From Pseudoclavibacter sp. (GTDB lineage: Bacteria; Actinomycetota; Actinomycetes; Actinomycetales; Microbacteriaceae): 64,000 bases of DNA. Every line of letters begins with the position of its first letter. The first letter of the stretch is position 1. The translations under genes and the position numbers were made by a program. The notes under the pieces were generated by a model. That model ran no database searches. It saw only the letters and a program-made list of their open reading frames with translations, and had not been told where the DNA came from. Where the stretch lies: NCBI GenBank assembly GCA_052099095.1, contig JBQDTF010000008.1, forward strand, positions 26,164 to 90,163, read 5' to 3'. Of this stretch, positions 55,693-64,000 are shown one piece after another.

Positions 55693-56442
55693 GTGACCGA
55701 CGTTATGTACAAGCAGATCGCCGACGACCTCCGACGTCGCATCGCGAGCGGTCAATTAGCCCCTGGCTCGGACGTGCCCTCCGAAGGCGAGCTTGCAGAG
55801 CGCTGGAGCACCTCCCGGGGTCCGATTCGCAACGCCCTGGCTGCCCTGCGCAGTGAGGGGCTCATCGAGACGGGGCGCGGGCGGCCCGCTCGCGTCGTTG
55901 AGCGCAAGGCGCATCAGGCGGTGGATGTGTCGATCCCCTTCACGAAGTGGGCGAAGGAGATCGGGACGGTGCCGGGCGCTGAGACGCAGGAGATAAGCCT
56001 GCGCCGCCCCGATCCAGCCCAGGCGGAGATCTTCGGCATCGAGCCGACGCAGCTCGTCGTGCACGTACTCCGACTCCGCAGCCTCGATGGGCGGCCGACG
56101 ATGCTGGAGCGCCTCACCTTCACGGAGGACGTCGGCCGGCACCTCTTCGATGTCGACCTCAACACGATCTCGATCACCGAGTTCCTCGACAGCCGCGGCT
56201 ACGGCTACACGGACATCGACCACGAGATCGATGCGAAGGCCGCCGACGACCTCGACGCGCGACTGCTGCAGATCGAGGAGGGCTCCCCCGTGCTCCGGCT
56301 GCGACGCGTCACGCGAGACGACGATGGCCGTGTATTCGAGGTATCAGATGACCGCTACCGCAGCGACATCGTCCGCTTTACCGTCTCAGCATCCGGCCGG
56401 TCACAGCGGGGCTCACACTACGTGCGGCCCATCGCGTTCTGA
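55693..56442 (+). CDS. GntR family regulator, HutC/PhnF subfamily (UTRA domain)
   Basis: YKQIADDLRRRIASGQLAPGSDVPSEGELAERWSTSRGPIRNALAALRSEGLI plus a UTRA-like C-terminus. GTG 55693 or ATG 55705. Confidence 0.85.
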   Translation: MTDVMYKQIADDLRRRIASGQLAPGSDVPSEGELAERWSTSRGPIRNALAALRSEGLIETGRGRPARVVERKAHQAVDVSIPFTKWAKEIGTVPGAETQEISLRRPDPAQAEIFGIEPTQLVVHVLRLRSLDGRPTMLERLTFTEDVGRHLFDVDLNTISITEFLDSRGYGYTDIDHEIDAKAADDLDARLLQIEEGSPVLRLRRVTRDDDGRVFEVSDDRYRSDIVRFTVSASGRSQRGSHYVRPIAF

Positions 56443-56488
56443 GGGAGTCGACCGCGCCCGGCGGGACAGATGACACCAACTCAGCACC

Positions 56489-56636
56489 CTAGAAAACACT
56501 AGGTTTCGAGACGCGGTGGCCGCTAGTTGGCGACAAGAACGCCCTCCCGAGCGACTTGGGTCTATGAGATCTGGGCCAGTTCCGGCAGGAGGCCTGCCTC
56601 AAACCTCCGCCTCGCGAAACCCATGGGTTTCGAGAC
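56489..56636 (+). repeat. R2 repeat, A module + core
   Basis: ctagaaaacactaggtttcgagacgcgg...ggcctgcctcaaacctcc gcctcgcgaaacccatgggtttcgagac. Confidence 0.8.
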
Positions 56637-56688
56637 TGAGCGCATAGGCATCAATTTCATGGGCATCAGTTCCGTAGGCTGTTGCGCC

Positions 56689-57243
56689 ATGGTCAAGACG
56701 TACGTGGGCGTGGAGCAGGGCCGCCTTGAGGATGTGGCGGCTGTGCGGGTTCTGATCGGAGAGGCTGGGGGCTGGCTCCGATCTCAGGGGATCGACCAGT
56801 GGCAGGACTCGGTGCCGGAGTCTCTGCTGCGAAGTGATGCTGAGGCCGGCCGCCTTCTCGTTGTTCGGGAGGCGGGGACTGTTGTAGCAAGCGTCACTCT
56901 CCACGACACGGACCCAGAAATTTGGGGGATCAGTGACTCTCCGGCCACATATGTACATCACCTGGTTGTGGCGCAGTCCCACCGAGGGCAGCAGATGGGA
57001 GCAAGAATCTTGGGCTGGGTTACTTCTCACGCGCTGCAGCAGGGAGTTCTGGCGGTCCGCCTCGATTGTGCGACTGAGAATCAGGCGCTTCGGCGCTTCT
57101 ACGAGTGCCAGGGTTTCCGGCATCTTCGGGATGTCCTCGTCGCTTCCCCGGACGGCGCGCGCGAACTGCGTTCGAGCCTTTATGAGCGGAATGCCCGATT
57201 GAGTCCCGCTGGTGGCGCTACTGAGCATCGAGGAACTGTTTGA
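56689..57243 (+). CDS. GNAT family N-acetyltransferase
   Basis: HLVVAQSHRGQQMGARILGWV (acetyl-CoA motif). ATG 56689. Upstream part of the track ORF is R2 repeat sequence. Confidence 0.8.
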   Translation: MVKTYVGVEQGRLEDVAAVRVLIGEAGGWLRSQGIDQWQDSVPESLLRSDAEAGRLLVVREAGTVVASVTLHDTDPEIWGISDSPATYVHHLVVAQSHRGQQMGARILGWVTSHALQQGVLAVRLDCATENQALRRFYECQGFRHLRDVLVASPDGARELRSSLYERNARLSPAGGATEHRGTV

Positions 57244-58003
57244 GTGCGCTGGACCACGCTTCAAAGGCGTCGAGATGGGCGTCGTGCGAGGCATTGAAGA
57301 GATCGACTCTGCGAACATTACGGCCTCGTCGGACGAACTCGTCCTTCTGGGCTTCCGTGAACATGCCGCCGTCCGCGTAGATGACGAGCGTGGAAGCAGT
57401 GACATTCTCCCAGTCCGCCCAGCGCAGCTCGGTCATGCTCTCCGCGATTGCTTGCATCACGTCTGGATCGAAGGGCGGGCGGAGCCCGTCTGAGTGCGGT
57501 TGGAGGTCTTCTATCCAGGCTGTTTGGAGTGGCCCGTCTCCTAACGCGGCGGCGGCAGCGGCACGATCCGGGAATGGAACCGGCCACGATCGAAAGAAAT
57601 CTCCGAGCGCGCGCGCTTCGTCGGCGCTACCGCCTCCCTGGTTTCCTTCGAGCATGACAAGGCTCTTCACGAGGTCGGGACGCGTGGCCGCAACGAGCAT
57701 CGCGGTGTGCGCACCCATCGATTGACCGACCAGAGTCACGGGTTCCGTGGAGACCGCTTCGATCACGAGCGCGACGTCTTCGACGAACGCCCTGCGGGAG
57801 GTATCTCCCGGACGAGTGGTGCTGCACCCATGTCCGCGCTGATCGACGAGGACAACCCGATGCTGGTCCAGGACGTCGGCGGTTCGTTGCATTTCGCGGC
57901 TGCTACCGGCGAGACCGTGCAGAAGGACGACGGTCTCACCCTCACTTGGTGTGACGGTGTACGAGATCGTCACGCCGTCGGGCGCTACAAGCTGCTCCCT
58001 CAT
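57218..58003 (-). CDS. Alpha/beta hydrolase
   Basis: VVLLHGLAGS, LVGQSMGAH (GxSxG), C-terminal SHDAHLD. 26-nt convergent overlap with the GNAT gene. Confidence 0.85.
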   Translation of the reverse strand: MREQLVAPDGVTISYTVTPSEGETVVLLHGLAGSSREMQRTADVLDQHRVVLVDQRGHGCSTTRPGDTSRRAFVEDVALVIEAVSTEPVTLVGQSMGAHTAMLVAATRPDLVKSLVMLEGNQGGGSADEARALGDFFRSWPVPFPDRAAAAAALGDGPLQTAWIEDLQPHSDGLRPPFDPDVMQAIAESMTELRWADWENVTASTLVIYADGGMFTEAQKDEFVRRGRNVRRVDLFNASHDAHLDAFEAWSSALKQFLDAQ

Positions 58004-58101
58004 GGGTGACACTCTCGCACTGATGGATAGCGAAACACGCTGGCGTTCCTCTCCCGACCGTCCAGCTGCACGCATCGCGCGGACAGCAGTACCAGGTGCT
58101 G

Positions 58102-58283
58102 GTGAGGCATCTCAAGCCCATGGGTTTCACAACGACCCTGCCGTTGGTGAAGGTGGGTGGGGGTCCCGCGCCCGCAGCGCGAGACCCCACGCATCCGGCC
58201 CGGCTCAAACGGGCTGCCACTCTCGCCATGCTGCGGGCAGGACGTCCCCCGTGAGGATTGACGGACGCCTTGGGCAGACGCGA
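58102..58283 (+). repeat. R2 repeat, core + B module (divergent copy with compensatory stem changes)
   Basis: gtgaggcatctcaagcccatgggtttcac + ..ggggtcccgcgcccgcagcgcgagacccc..ggctcaaacgggctgccactctcgccatgctgcgggcagg.. Confidence 0.8.
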
Positions 58284-58368
58284 ACAGCCTACGACCCACT
58301 CCCCTGCGGTGCACGACAAGCGGTTCGGTGCAGGCTCATACCCGGTCTACACCGCGCGACGGTGAGGC

Positions 58369-58929
58369 TTATGCGAGGCCTTCGAGCTTGCGGATCTCGT
58401 ACGCGGCAGCGTCAAAGTCTGTTTTGAGCTCTGCTATCGTCGCTCCGTTTCGACTGTTGCCGTCGACGAAGCCAACGTTGAACGTGTCCCCGTTCTGTTC
58501 GCACCAGATGTCGGCGTTGTCGTCTTCGATGAGTGTGTCGACGTAGGCGGCCACGTCAGGGTCGGCGTACGGGTAACCGGGGAAGTAGTTGTAGTTGCCG
58601 CTCTGGTTCTCGTAGACATAACGGTTGCCTTCGACTCGCACGTCGTTGAGATTGAAGCGTGCGTTGAAGTTCCCATCGAGATAGAAGTAGTAGAGCGCAT
58701 CGCCACAGACGCTGATCGCCTCGGCGCTCCCGACTTCCGGGGGCGGAGCCTCTTGCTCGTTGGGACCCGCGGTCGGGACCGTAGGAGCGGAGGTCGTCTC
58801 GACGGGAGATGGTGGCGTTGTCGTCCCGTCGACGGTCTCGGTGTCGGTACAGCCTGAAGCGATCATGACGATGGCCCCCGCGGTGAGGGAAGTCATCGCA
58901 AGCCGTGTTCGGAGGTCCATAGCAGGCAC
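58369..58929 (-). CDS. Lipoprotein of unknown function
   Basis: Signal peptide with lipobox IASGC, Pro/Thr linker, and a Tyr/Asn/Asp-rich globular domain with 2 Cys. Confidence 0.65.
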   Translation of the reverse strand: MPAMDLRTRLAMTSLTAGAIVMIASGCTDTETVDGTTTPPSPVETTSAPTVPTAGPNEQEAPPPEVGSAEAISVCGDALYYFYLDGNFNARFNLNDVRVEGNRYVYENQSGNYNYFPGYPYADPDVAAYVDTLIEDDNADIWCEQNGDTFNVGFVDGNSRNGATIAELKTDFDAAAYEIRKLEGLA

Positions 58930-58989
58930 TTTACGCAGGTCTCAACCGTCGGTTTCAACGTGAACGTGAGCGTGGTGCAGTGGCAGCTC

Positions 58990-59023
58990 GTGAGACATCT
59001 CGAAACCCCTGGGTCGTGAGACT
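58990..59023 (+). repeat. R2 repeat, degenerate core-only copy
   Basis: gtgagacatctcgaaacccctgggtcgtgagact. Confidence 0.6.
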
Positions 59024-59197
59024 TCCTGAGTGCGGAGGTTGAGGTTGAGCAAGCTCCGTAGCGTCGGCGTCTGAGACGCGGTCGGGCGATGGGCTCGACC
59101 TAAGTCACTGGGGCCAGGAGTCGGCGTGAGGTTTCCCCACGCAGCCTCCCGTCGCTCCGTGAGTGGTTGGCCGAGTTCGTGATGTTGGAAGGTTTCC

Positions 59198-60658
59198 CTA
59201 GTCGAGGAAGTAGGCGTGGGTCTTCGCCTCCGTGTCCAGAACATCTTCGGGCACGACGCCGAGATCGAGCGCCAACTCAGCCGACCCGAGCAGAGCAGAG
59301 CTAAGGTCGGGCGAGAACGACCGATCGAGAACGTCGAGGTAGGCGGACATGCTCGTGTCGAGCTGTTGGATGAGGTCGTCGTATTCGTCTGCGAGAAGTC
59401 CGGCTAGGGCCTGCTGGTCGCGCAGGTAACGCTCGATGAGTGCTGCTTCGCGAGCGGCGAGCGAGTCTTTGACGGCCTTGTACATGATGGTGCCGACGGT
59501 GTTTCCAATGACGGCACCCAGTACGGGCACGGGGATGAGCGCCTGGCCGATGAACGAGGACAAGGCGCTCACAGCGGAGTCCAGGCAGACGAGTTCCGCG
59601 TTCTCGATGAACTCTGTTTCGGTGATCTCGCCTCGACGCAGTTGGTTCGCTTGTTCCGCGATCGCGAAGCTCGCGGTGACGACTGCACTGGCGACCGCTG
59701 CTGAGGTCTTGGTGAAGTTCGTCAGGGAGTAGATGGTGAGGCCGCGCACGCCGCCCTTAACGGAGCCCAGTCCTGTGGCGCCCGCGATGTCGGTCCAATC
59801 TTCTCGTGTGAAGTCCTTGAGCTGTGTCCCTTGGCGGCGCTTCTCGATGACGGCAAGCACGAAGGCGGTCCCGCCTTCGATGGCGGCGGCGGCGAGGGTT
59901 GCTTTCGCGCCTTCCTGCAGGTTCGCGCGGCTCGCTTGCGCGGCGTCTGTGCGGAGGTCCTGGTCGGTGGCGCGGAGGGATTCTTGCTCTGCCTCGAATG
60001 TCTGCTCGTAGGCTCCGCGTTGCGCCTGGCGATAATCGAGTTTGGAGGGCTCGAGGGAGTCGATGTCGACAGCGCCTGGCTCGAAGAAGGCCTGGACCCG
60101 TTTCCAGTCCCTGAAGGATGGGCCGTCGCCGGAACTGTTCAGGAGCTTGCCCGCGTCTTCGGGGCTCATGGCGTGTAGTTGCTGGATTATTTCGAAGTGG
60201 TCTGCCGGGATCTGGTACTTCGCACCGTTCTTGAGGAAGTCCGGGTACTTCTCGAGGTGGTCGGCGATCGCGCCGAGCCCGAGCCGCCCGCCGGCTGCGA
60301 CGAACTTCTGCTGGATCTCGACGCCGTCACGTAGGAGGTCCACCGGTCCGTTGTCGTTGACCCACTGGTACGCGGCTTCGCCACCGACGATCTTGCTTCG
60401 CGCGTTGCTGATACCGACTTCGGCGACCTCGGCGATGAAGCCATGCATACCTTTAGTGCCGCCGCGGTTGGTAGCGATGACCTCGAGATCGATCTTCTTG
60501 ATCGCGGAGTCGAGGGTGAAGAGCGCGTCCTGCAGGTTCAGGTCCTGCTGCCCGAGGGCGTCGAGGAGGGTATCCAGCCGGACTTGGTTGAGGTGACTGA
60601 TCCAGGCGGCGACGGCCTGTTCCTGGTTGCTCTTGACGAGCTTGGGTGCGTCACTCAT
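59198..60658 (-). CDS. Unknown 486-aa protein: soluble N-terminal domain followed by hydrophobic helices (partner B of the two-gene module)
   Basis: ATG 60658 overlaps the upstream stop by 8 nt. Block NRGGTKGMHGFIAEVAEVG. Hydrophobic stretches ATLAAAAIEGGTAFVLAVI, SAAVASAVVTASFAIA, ALSSFIGQALIPVPVLGAVIGNTVGTIMY. No family recognised. Confidence 0.7.
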   Translation of the reverse strand: MSDAPKLVKSNQEQAVAAWISHLNQVRLDTLLDALGQQDLNLQDALFTLDSAIKKIDLEVIATNRGGTKGMHGFIAEVAEVGISNARSKIVGGEAAYQWVNDNGPVDLLRDGVEIQQKFVAAGGRLGLGAIADHLEKYPDFLKNGAKYQIPADHFEIIQQLHAMSPEDAGKLLNSSGDGPSFRDWKRVQAFFEPGAVDIDSLEPSKLDYRQAQRGAYEQTFEAEQESLRATDQDLRTDAAQASRANLQEGAKATLAAAAIEGGTAFVLAVIEKRRQGTQLKDFTREDWTDIAGATGLGSVKGGVRGLTIYSLTNFTKTSAAVASAVVTASFAIAEQANQLRRGEITETEFIENAELVCLDSAVSALSSFIGQALIPVPVLGAVIGNTVGTIMYKAVKDSLAAREAALIERYLRDQQALAGLLADEYDDLIQQLDTSMSAYLDVLDRSFSPDLSSALLGSAELALDLGVVPEDVLDTEAKTHAYFLD

Positions 60659-61664
60659 GGTTGCCGGCGGGAACAATGCGGTGCCCGAGCAGCGCCGCGC
60701 ATGCCATGGTGTTGTTCACCAACGCTGCGAGCTGGGATTGCTGCGTAGTGGTCAGGGCGCGGAAGTCGGCTGCGTAGAACTGCAGAGTGGTGCTGTACGT
60801 CTTGACAAGAAGTTCGCGTATGGATGCAGTTCGTTGGTGGAGGTCACCGATCTGGGCATCCATCGTGCGTACGAGCGCGGTGTTCTGCATCACGGCCTTC
60901 AGCGCTTCTTGTTTCGCTTCCCGATTCTCGAACTTCTTCTTCGCGAACAACGCGATGGAGGTGAGCAGTGCTGCGCCCGCCACGGTCCAGCCGATCGGGC
61001 CGGCGAGAGCGAGGAGCGCGCCGCCAGCGGCGGTGCCTCCCCCGCCTGCGGCGGCTGCTCCCCCACCGAGCCATGCGATAGCTGCGTTGCTCGCGGCGGC
61101 GCCAGAGAGCGTCGAGATCGCGGTTCCGGTGGATGCGGTCCCAAAGGTGGTTGCGACCCACATCGCTGCGGTCGGAGCAACGCTGGCAACCGCGGCCCCT
61201 GCGGTGATGCCCGCCCCGGCCCCAGCAGCTGAAGCTCGAGCGGCTTGGAGGTCACTCTGCGCGAATGCTTCGGCCTCGAGGAACTGCGCTTTGAGGATGT
61301 CGATCTCCTGGAAGTCTGTGTCAAACGACTTCGGGGTATTCGCGACGCTGTTCACCAGGAACTCGACGAGCTCGATCAGGTCTGTCGAACGCTCGCGCTG
61401 GCGCAGGAGGGAGAAACCCTTATCGCTCATCGCAGTGAAGGCCGCGTTGTACTCAGCGATTGCGTCTTCGTACGGGTCCGACTTTGGAGCGTTGAGTTTC
61501 TCAACGGTCTCGACCGTCGCGTCCTTCAGATCTCCAGCCTGCTCAACGAGTTGCACTGATGCGTGGCGCGCGAACTTCCCCAGCCCACCGAATGCCTTCG
61601 AGAGGCCCTCCTTAGCCTCATCCAAGCCGTTCTTGCCATCGTCCGACCTGACTGAGCTGTCCAT
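60651..61664 (-). CDS. Unknown 337-aa protein with a central Gly/Ala/Thr-rich glycine-zipper-like membrane region flanked by helical domains (partner A)
   Basis: ATG 61664. ...AGAGAGITAGAAVASVAPTAAMWVATTFGTASTGTAISTLSGAAASNAAIAWLGGGAAAAGGGGTAAGGALLALAGPIGWTVAGAALLTSIALF... No family recognised. Confidence 0.7.
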   Translation of the reverse strand: MDSSVRSDDGKNGLDEAKEGLSKAFGGLGKFARHASVQLVEQAGDLKDATVETVEKLNAPKSDPYEDAIAEYNAAFTAMSDKGFSLLRQRERSTDLIELVEFLVNSVANTPKSFDTDFQEIDILKAQFLEAEAFAQSDLQAARASAAGAGAGITAGAAVASVAPTAAMWVATTFGTASTGTAISTLSGAAASNAAIAWLGGGAAAAGGGGTAAGGALLALAGPIGWTVAGAALLTSIALFAKKKFENREAKQEALKAVMQNTALVRTMDAQIGDLHQRTASIRELLVKTYSTTLQFYAADFRALTTTQQSQLAALVNNTMACAALLGHRIVPAGNHE

Positions 61665-61871
61665 TCGTGCCTCATGTTCTTTTCGAGTTCGCGTCTGGCA
61701 CGAGCGTAACGAGCGCCCCCGACATTGTGGAAAGCGAGGGCGGCAAACGGACGTTGCCTCGACCGTGAATCGGCCTGAACGGCAACTAGTCCGAGCATGT
61801 GCGGAGAGACGCATGGCTGCGTCAGGCAGAACCTCAAGAGTTGACAGCGCGTTTCGGTCTACGTTGGGGCC

Positions 61872-62138
61872 ATGACTCGCCGCGCATCGAGATTGATCGC
61901 CGCTATCGGCGCATCGGCGGCGCTGGTCGGGGCCGCGACGTCAGTCTTGTTCTTCTTCCAACCGTGGAGAAGATGCTCTTACGAGGACACGTCCGTCGGG
62001 TGCGCGATGTTACCTCTCGATGCCGCGGGCATGGCGGCCGCGTTTGGTGTTGCCGTCGTCGGCGTCGCGGTCTGCGCTTTCGGCATGCTTCACACTCGCC
62101 AGTCGGATACTGCGAGACCTTCGACCCCTGAGGCCTAA
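61872..62138 (+). CDS. Small two-TM membrane protein, divergent from the two-gene module
   Basis: 88 aa. [22 protein letters not shown] and [19 protein letters not shown]. Confidence 0.45.
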   Translation: MTRRASRLIAAIGASAALVGAATSVLFFFQPWRRCSYEDTSVGCAMLPLDAAGMAAAFGVAVVGVAVCAFGMLHTRQSDTARPSTPEA

Positions 62139-62283
62139 TGTCCGGCACGCTCGTCAGCTTGTCGCAGCGAGCCGACCGGACTCCCGAAGCTGTGCGTTCG
62201 CCCAACTCAGCCGCGATTCGCGGCACCCGGGGGAACTCTTTCACCACATCGAGCGTTGTCCTGACTTCGGAGAGGACATTGTG

Positions 62284-62739
62284 ATGACGCAATACACGAA
62301 AAACCAGGAAGCTATCGCCCGGCTCACGCCGGAGCAGTTCGCGGTGACGCAGCAGTCGGCGACGGAGCGGCCGTTCAGCAACGAGTTCTGGAACACGAAG
62401 GACGCGGGGCTTTATGTCGACATCGTTTCGGGCGAGCCGCTGTTCGCGTCGACCACGAAGTACGACAGCGGATGCGGGTGGCCGAGCTTCACGAAGCCGC
62501 TGAACGCGGACAACATCGTCGAGAACTCCGACACCTCACTCGGCATGAGACGCACCGAAGTGCGCTCAGCTGCAGGCGACAGCCACCTCGGGCACGTTTT
62601 CGAGGACGGCCCGGTCGATGAGGGAGGGCTGCGCTACTGCATCAACTCAGCGGCGCTGCGCTTCGTGCCGCTCGCTGACCTCGAGTCTGCGGGCTACGGC
62701 GAGTTCGCGTCGCTGTTCGACAAGGAAGGTGGTCGCTGA
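62284..62739 (+). CDS. msrB: Peptide-methionine (R)-S-oxide reductase
   Basis: GCGWPSF and RYCINSAAL motifs. ATG 62284. Confidence 0.9.
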   Translation: MTQYTKNQEAIARLTPEQFAVTQQSATERPFSNEFWNTKDAGLYVDIVSGEPLFASTTKYDSGCGWPSFTKPLNADNIVENSDTSLGMRRTEVRSAAGDSHLGHVFEDGPVDEGGLRYCINSAALRFVPLADLESAGYGEFASLFDKEGGR

Positions 62740-63248
62740 TGGCTGACGAGCGCGCGATTCTCGCCGGCGGCTGTTTCTGGGGTCTCGAGGAGCTCATCCG
62801 CGACCTGCCCGGCGTGCACAGCACGCGCGTCGGCTACGCGGGCGGGACCACCCCGAACGCCACCTACCGGCACCACGGTGATCACGCCGAGGCCGTGGAG
62901 GTCGAGTTCGACGGGGAGCACACCACGTACCGGGAGCTGCTCGAGTTCTTCTTCCAGGTGCACGACCCGACGACCAAGAACCGGCAGGGCAACGATCGCG
63001 GCGCGAGCTACCGTTCGGTGATCCTGACGCTGACGCCCGAGCAGGAGCGCATCGCGCGCGAGACGATCGCGGAGATCGACGCGTCTGGCCGGTGGCCCGG
63101 CAAGGTCGTCACCCAGGTCCAGGCGGCCGGCGAGTTCTGGGATGCGGAGGAAGAGCACCAGAACTACCTGCGGAAGCATCCCGGCGGCTACACGTGCCAC
63201 TACGTGCGTCCGAGCTGGGTGCTCGACGAGGCAACCCAGCAGAACTAG
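62739..63248 (+). CDS. msrA: Peptide-methionine (S)-S-oxide reductase
   Basis: [13 protein letters not shown] (GCFWG active site). TGATG junction with msrB. Confidence 0.9.
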   Translation: MADERAILAGGCFWGLEELIRDLPGVHSTRVGYAGGTTPNATYRHHGDHAEAVEVEFDGEHTTYRELLEFFFQVHDPTTKNRQGNDRGASYRSVILTLTPEQERIARETIAEIDASGRWPGKVVTQVQAAGEFWDAEEEHQNYLRKHPGGYTCHYVRPSWVLDEATQQN

Positions 63249-63272
63249 GTCGAACTGTGCAGAGCTGAAACG

Positions 63273-63300
63273 GTCGGGCGGGATGCACATCCCGCCCGAC
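63273..63300. terminator. Bidirectional hairpin between msrA and the convergent membrane-protein gene
   Basis: gtcgggcgggat-gcac-atcccgcccgac, 12-bp perfect stem. Confidence 0.65.
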
Positions 63301-63407
63301 CCGACAATTGCTCGGCAGACAACCGCCAAAAGTTGAGAGCGAGCTTTTCGGTATCAGTTGGATGCGCCATGCTTCCGAACTACGCCGCCGGCCAAGACTC
63401 AGGACGC

Positions 63408-63878
63408 CTAGTTGAGTGGAGGCGGCCCTGAAGTGCTGCTCGTCGCGACGCTTGCTTGCGACTCCTCGACGATCGGCCGACCGCGCAGCCACCCGGAGAG
63501 GATCAAGACAAGCGCGCTCCCAGTCAGGAGGCCATCGATCAGCCCTGGCGGGAGGAGGAAGATCATCAGCACGAGCGTCACACCGCAGTTGAACAACGAG
63601 AGCACGAGCCCCCACAGCTGACCGCGAGCCATCGCGACGGCACCGGTGACCCGCAGCGCGCCGAAGATGCCGCTCATCGCCATCATCAGGTACAGGTTCT
63701 CGTTCAAATAGGGCAGCGCGAAGATATCGACGCGTTGAGTGATCGCGTCCTGCGGAATCCCAAGTACGAGCAAGACGACGAGTCCAACCAGGACGGACAT
63801 CTCCATGAGCACGCCTTGCGTGATCAGGAGGCCGCTGGCCCAACGAAGTCGCGCAGACCGATTCCGAGATGATGACAC
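63408..63878 (-). CDS. Hypothetical four-TM membrane protein
   Basis: 156 aa with four clear hydrophobic helices. No motif recognised. Confidence 0.55.
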   Translation of the reverse strand: MSSSRNRSARLRWASGLLITQGVLMEMSVLVGLVVLLVLGIPQDAITQRVDIFALPYLNENLYLMMAMSGIFGALRVTGAVAMARGQLWGLVLSLFNCGVTLVLMIFLLPPGLIDGLLTGSALVLILSGWLRGRPIVEESQASVATSSTSGPPPLN

Positions 63879-64000
63879 TCACCCAAAGTAGTGCCTGCGA
63901 AAGTGCCTGTGCTTCGCAGAGAAGTAGAAGTGCACGAGGTCTGGCCTGGCCTCTTCGGCGTAGCCTTCGCGTCGACACGCTAGGCAGGAAGAGCTCGAGT

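Noticed and set aside
33195-59023. Possibility that the repeated elements form a CRISPR array
   Set aside because: The copies are kilobases apart, differ in module composition and length, and are separated by ordinary genes. There are no regularly spaced short repeats and no cas genes in the window.
63109-63978. 289-aa minus ORF overlapping msrA and the 4-TM protein gene
   Set aside because: It is an RP-rich shadow frame. The msrA and membrane-protein frames have clear features.

Overview
High-GC (about 70% by eye, not computed) actinobacterial chromosome segment. Gene content and the split-lysin architecture suggest Microbacteriaceae, but the taxon is inference. I support about 60 CDS, 2 tRNAs, several hairpin terminators and two families of intergenic hairpin repeats. 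From left to right the window holds: (1) a DipZ-like CcdA-thioredoxin fusion divergent from a fasciclin lipoprotein, a GlsB-family protein, a K+ channel, tRNA-Thr/tRNA-Met, an M23 peptidase and an IMPase; (2) a deoR-fruK-fruA fructose PTS operon and nhaA; (3) a 1007-aa kinase/aminotransferase fusion; (4) a degenerate prophage-like block at 15.85-21.2 kb with holin, three lysins, an XRE/XRE/ImmA switch and no structural or integrase genes; (5) a nine-gene pobA-pcaHGBL-IJF protocatechuate operon; (6) from 33 kb onward, a mosaic of small cassettes separated by a composite repeat family I call R2. The cassettes are an AraC cluster with a Tat-secreted protein, an MFS-TetR-LigM-like O-demethylase operon, a strongly AT-shifted AIPR abortive-infection islet, two divergent CPBP proteases, a C-P-lyase-independent phosphonate cluster (phnDCE + FAD oxidoreductase + HAD + ADH + MFS), a GNAT/hydrolase pair, and an unassignable translationally coupled two-gene membrane module. 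The window ends with msrB-msrA. The best candidates for something undescribed are the two-gene membrane module (59.2-61.7 kb), the R2 repeat family (its B module shows compensatory stem substitutions and a conserved pseudoknot-like complementarity) and the stand-alone triple-lysin cassette. All family assignments come from motif recognition by eye, not database searches.
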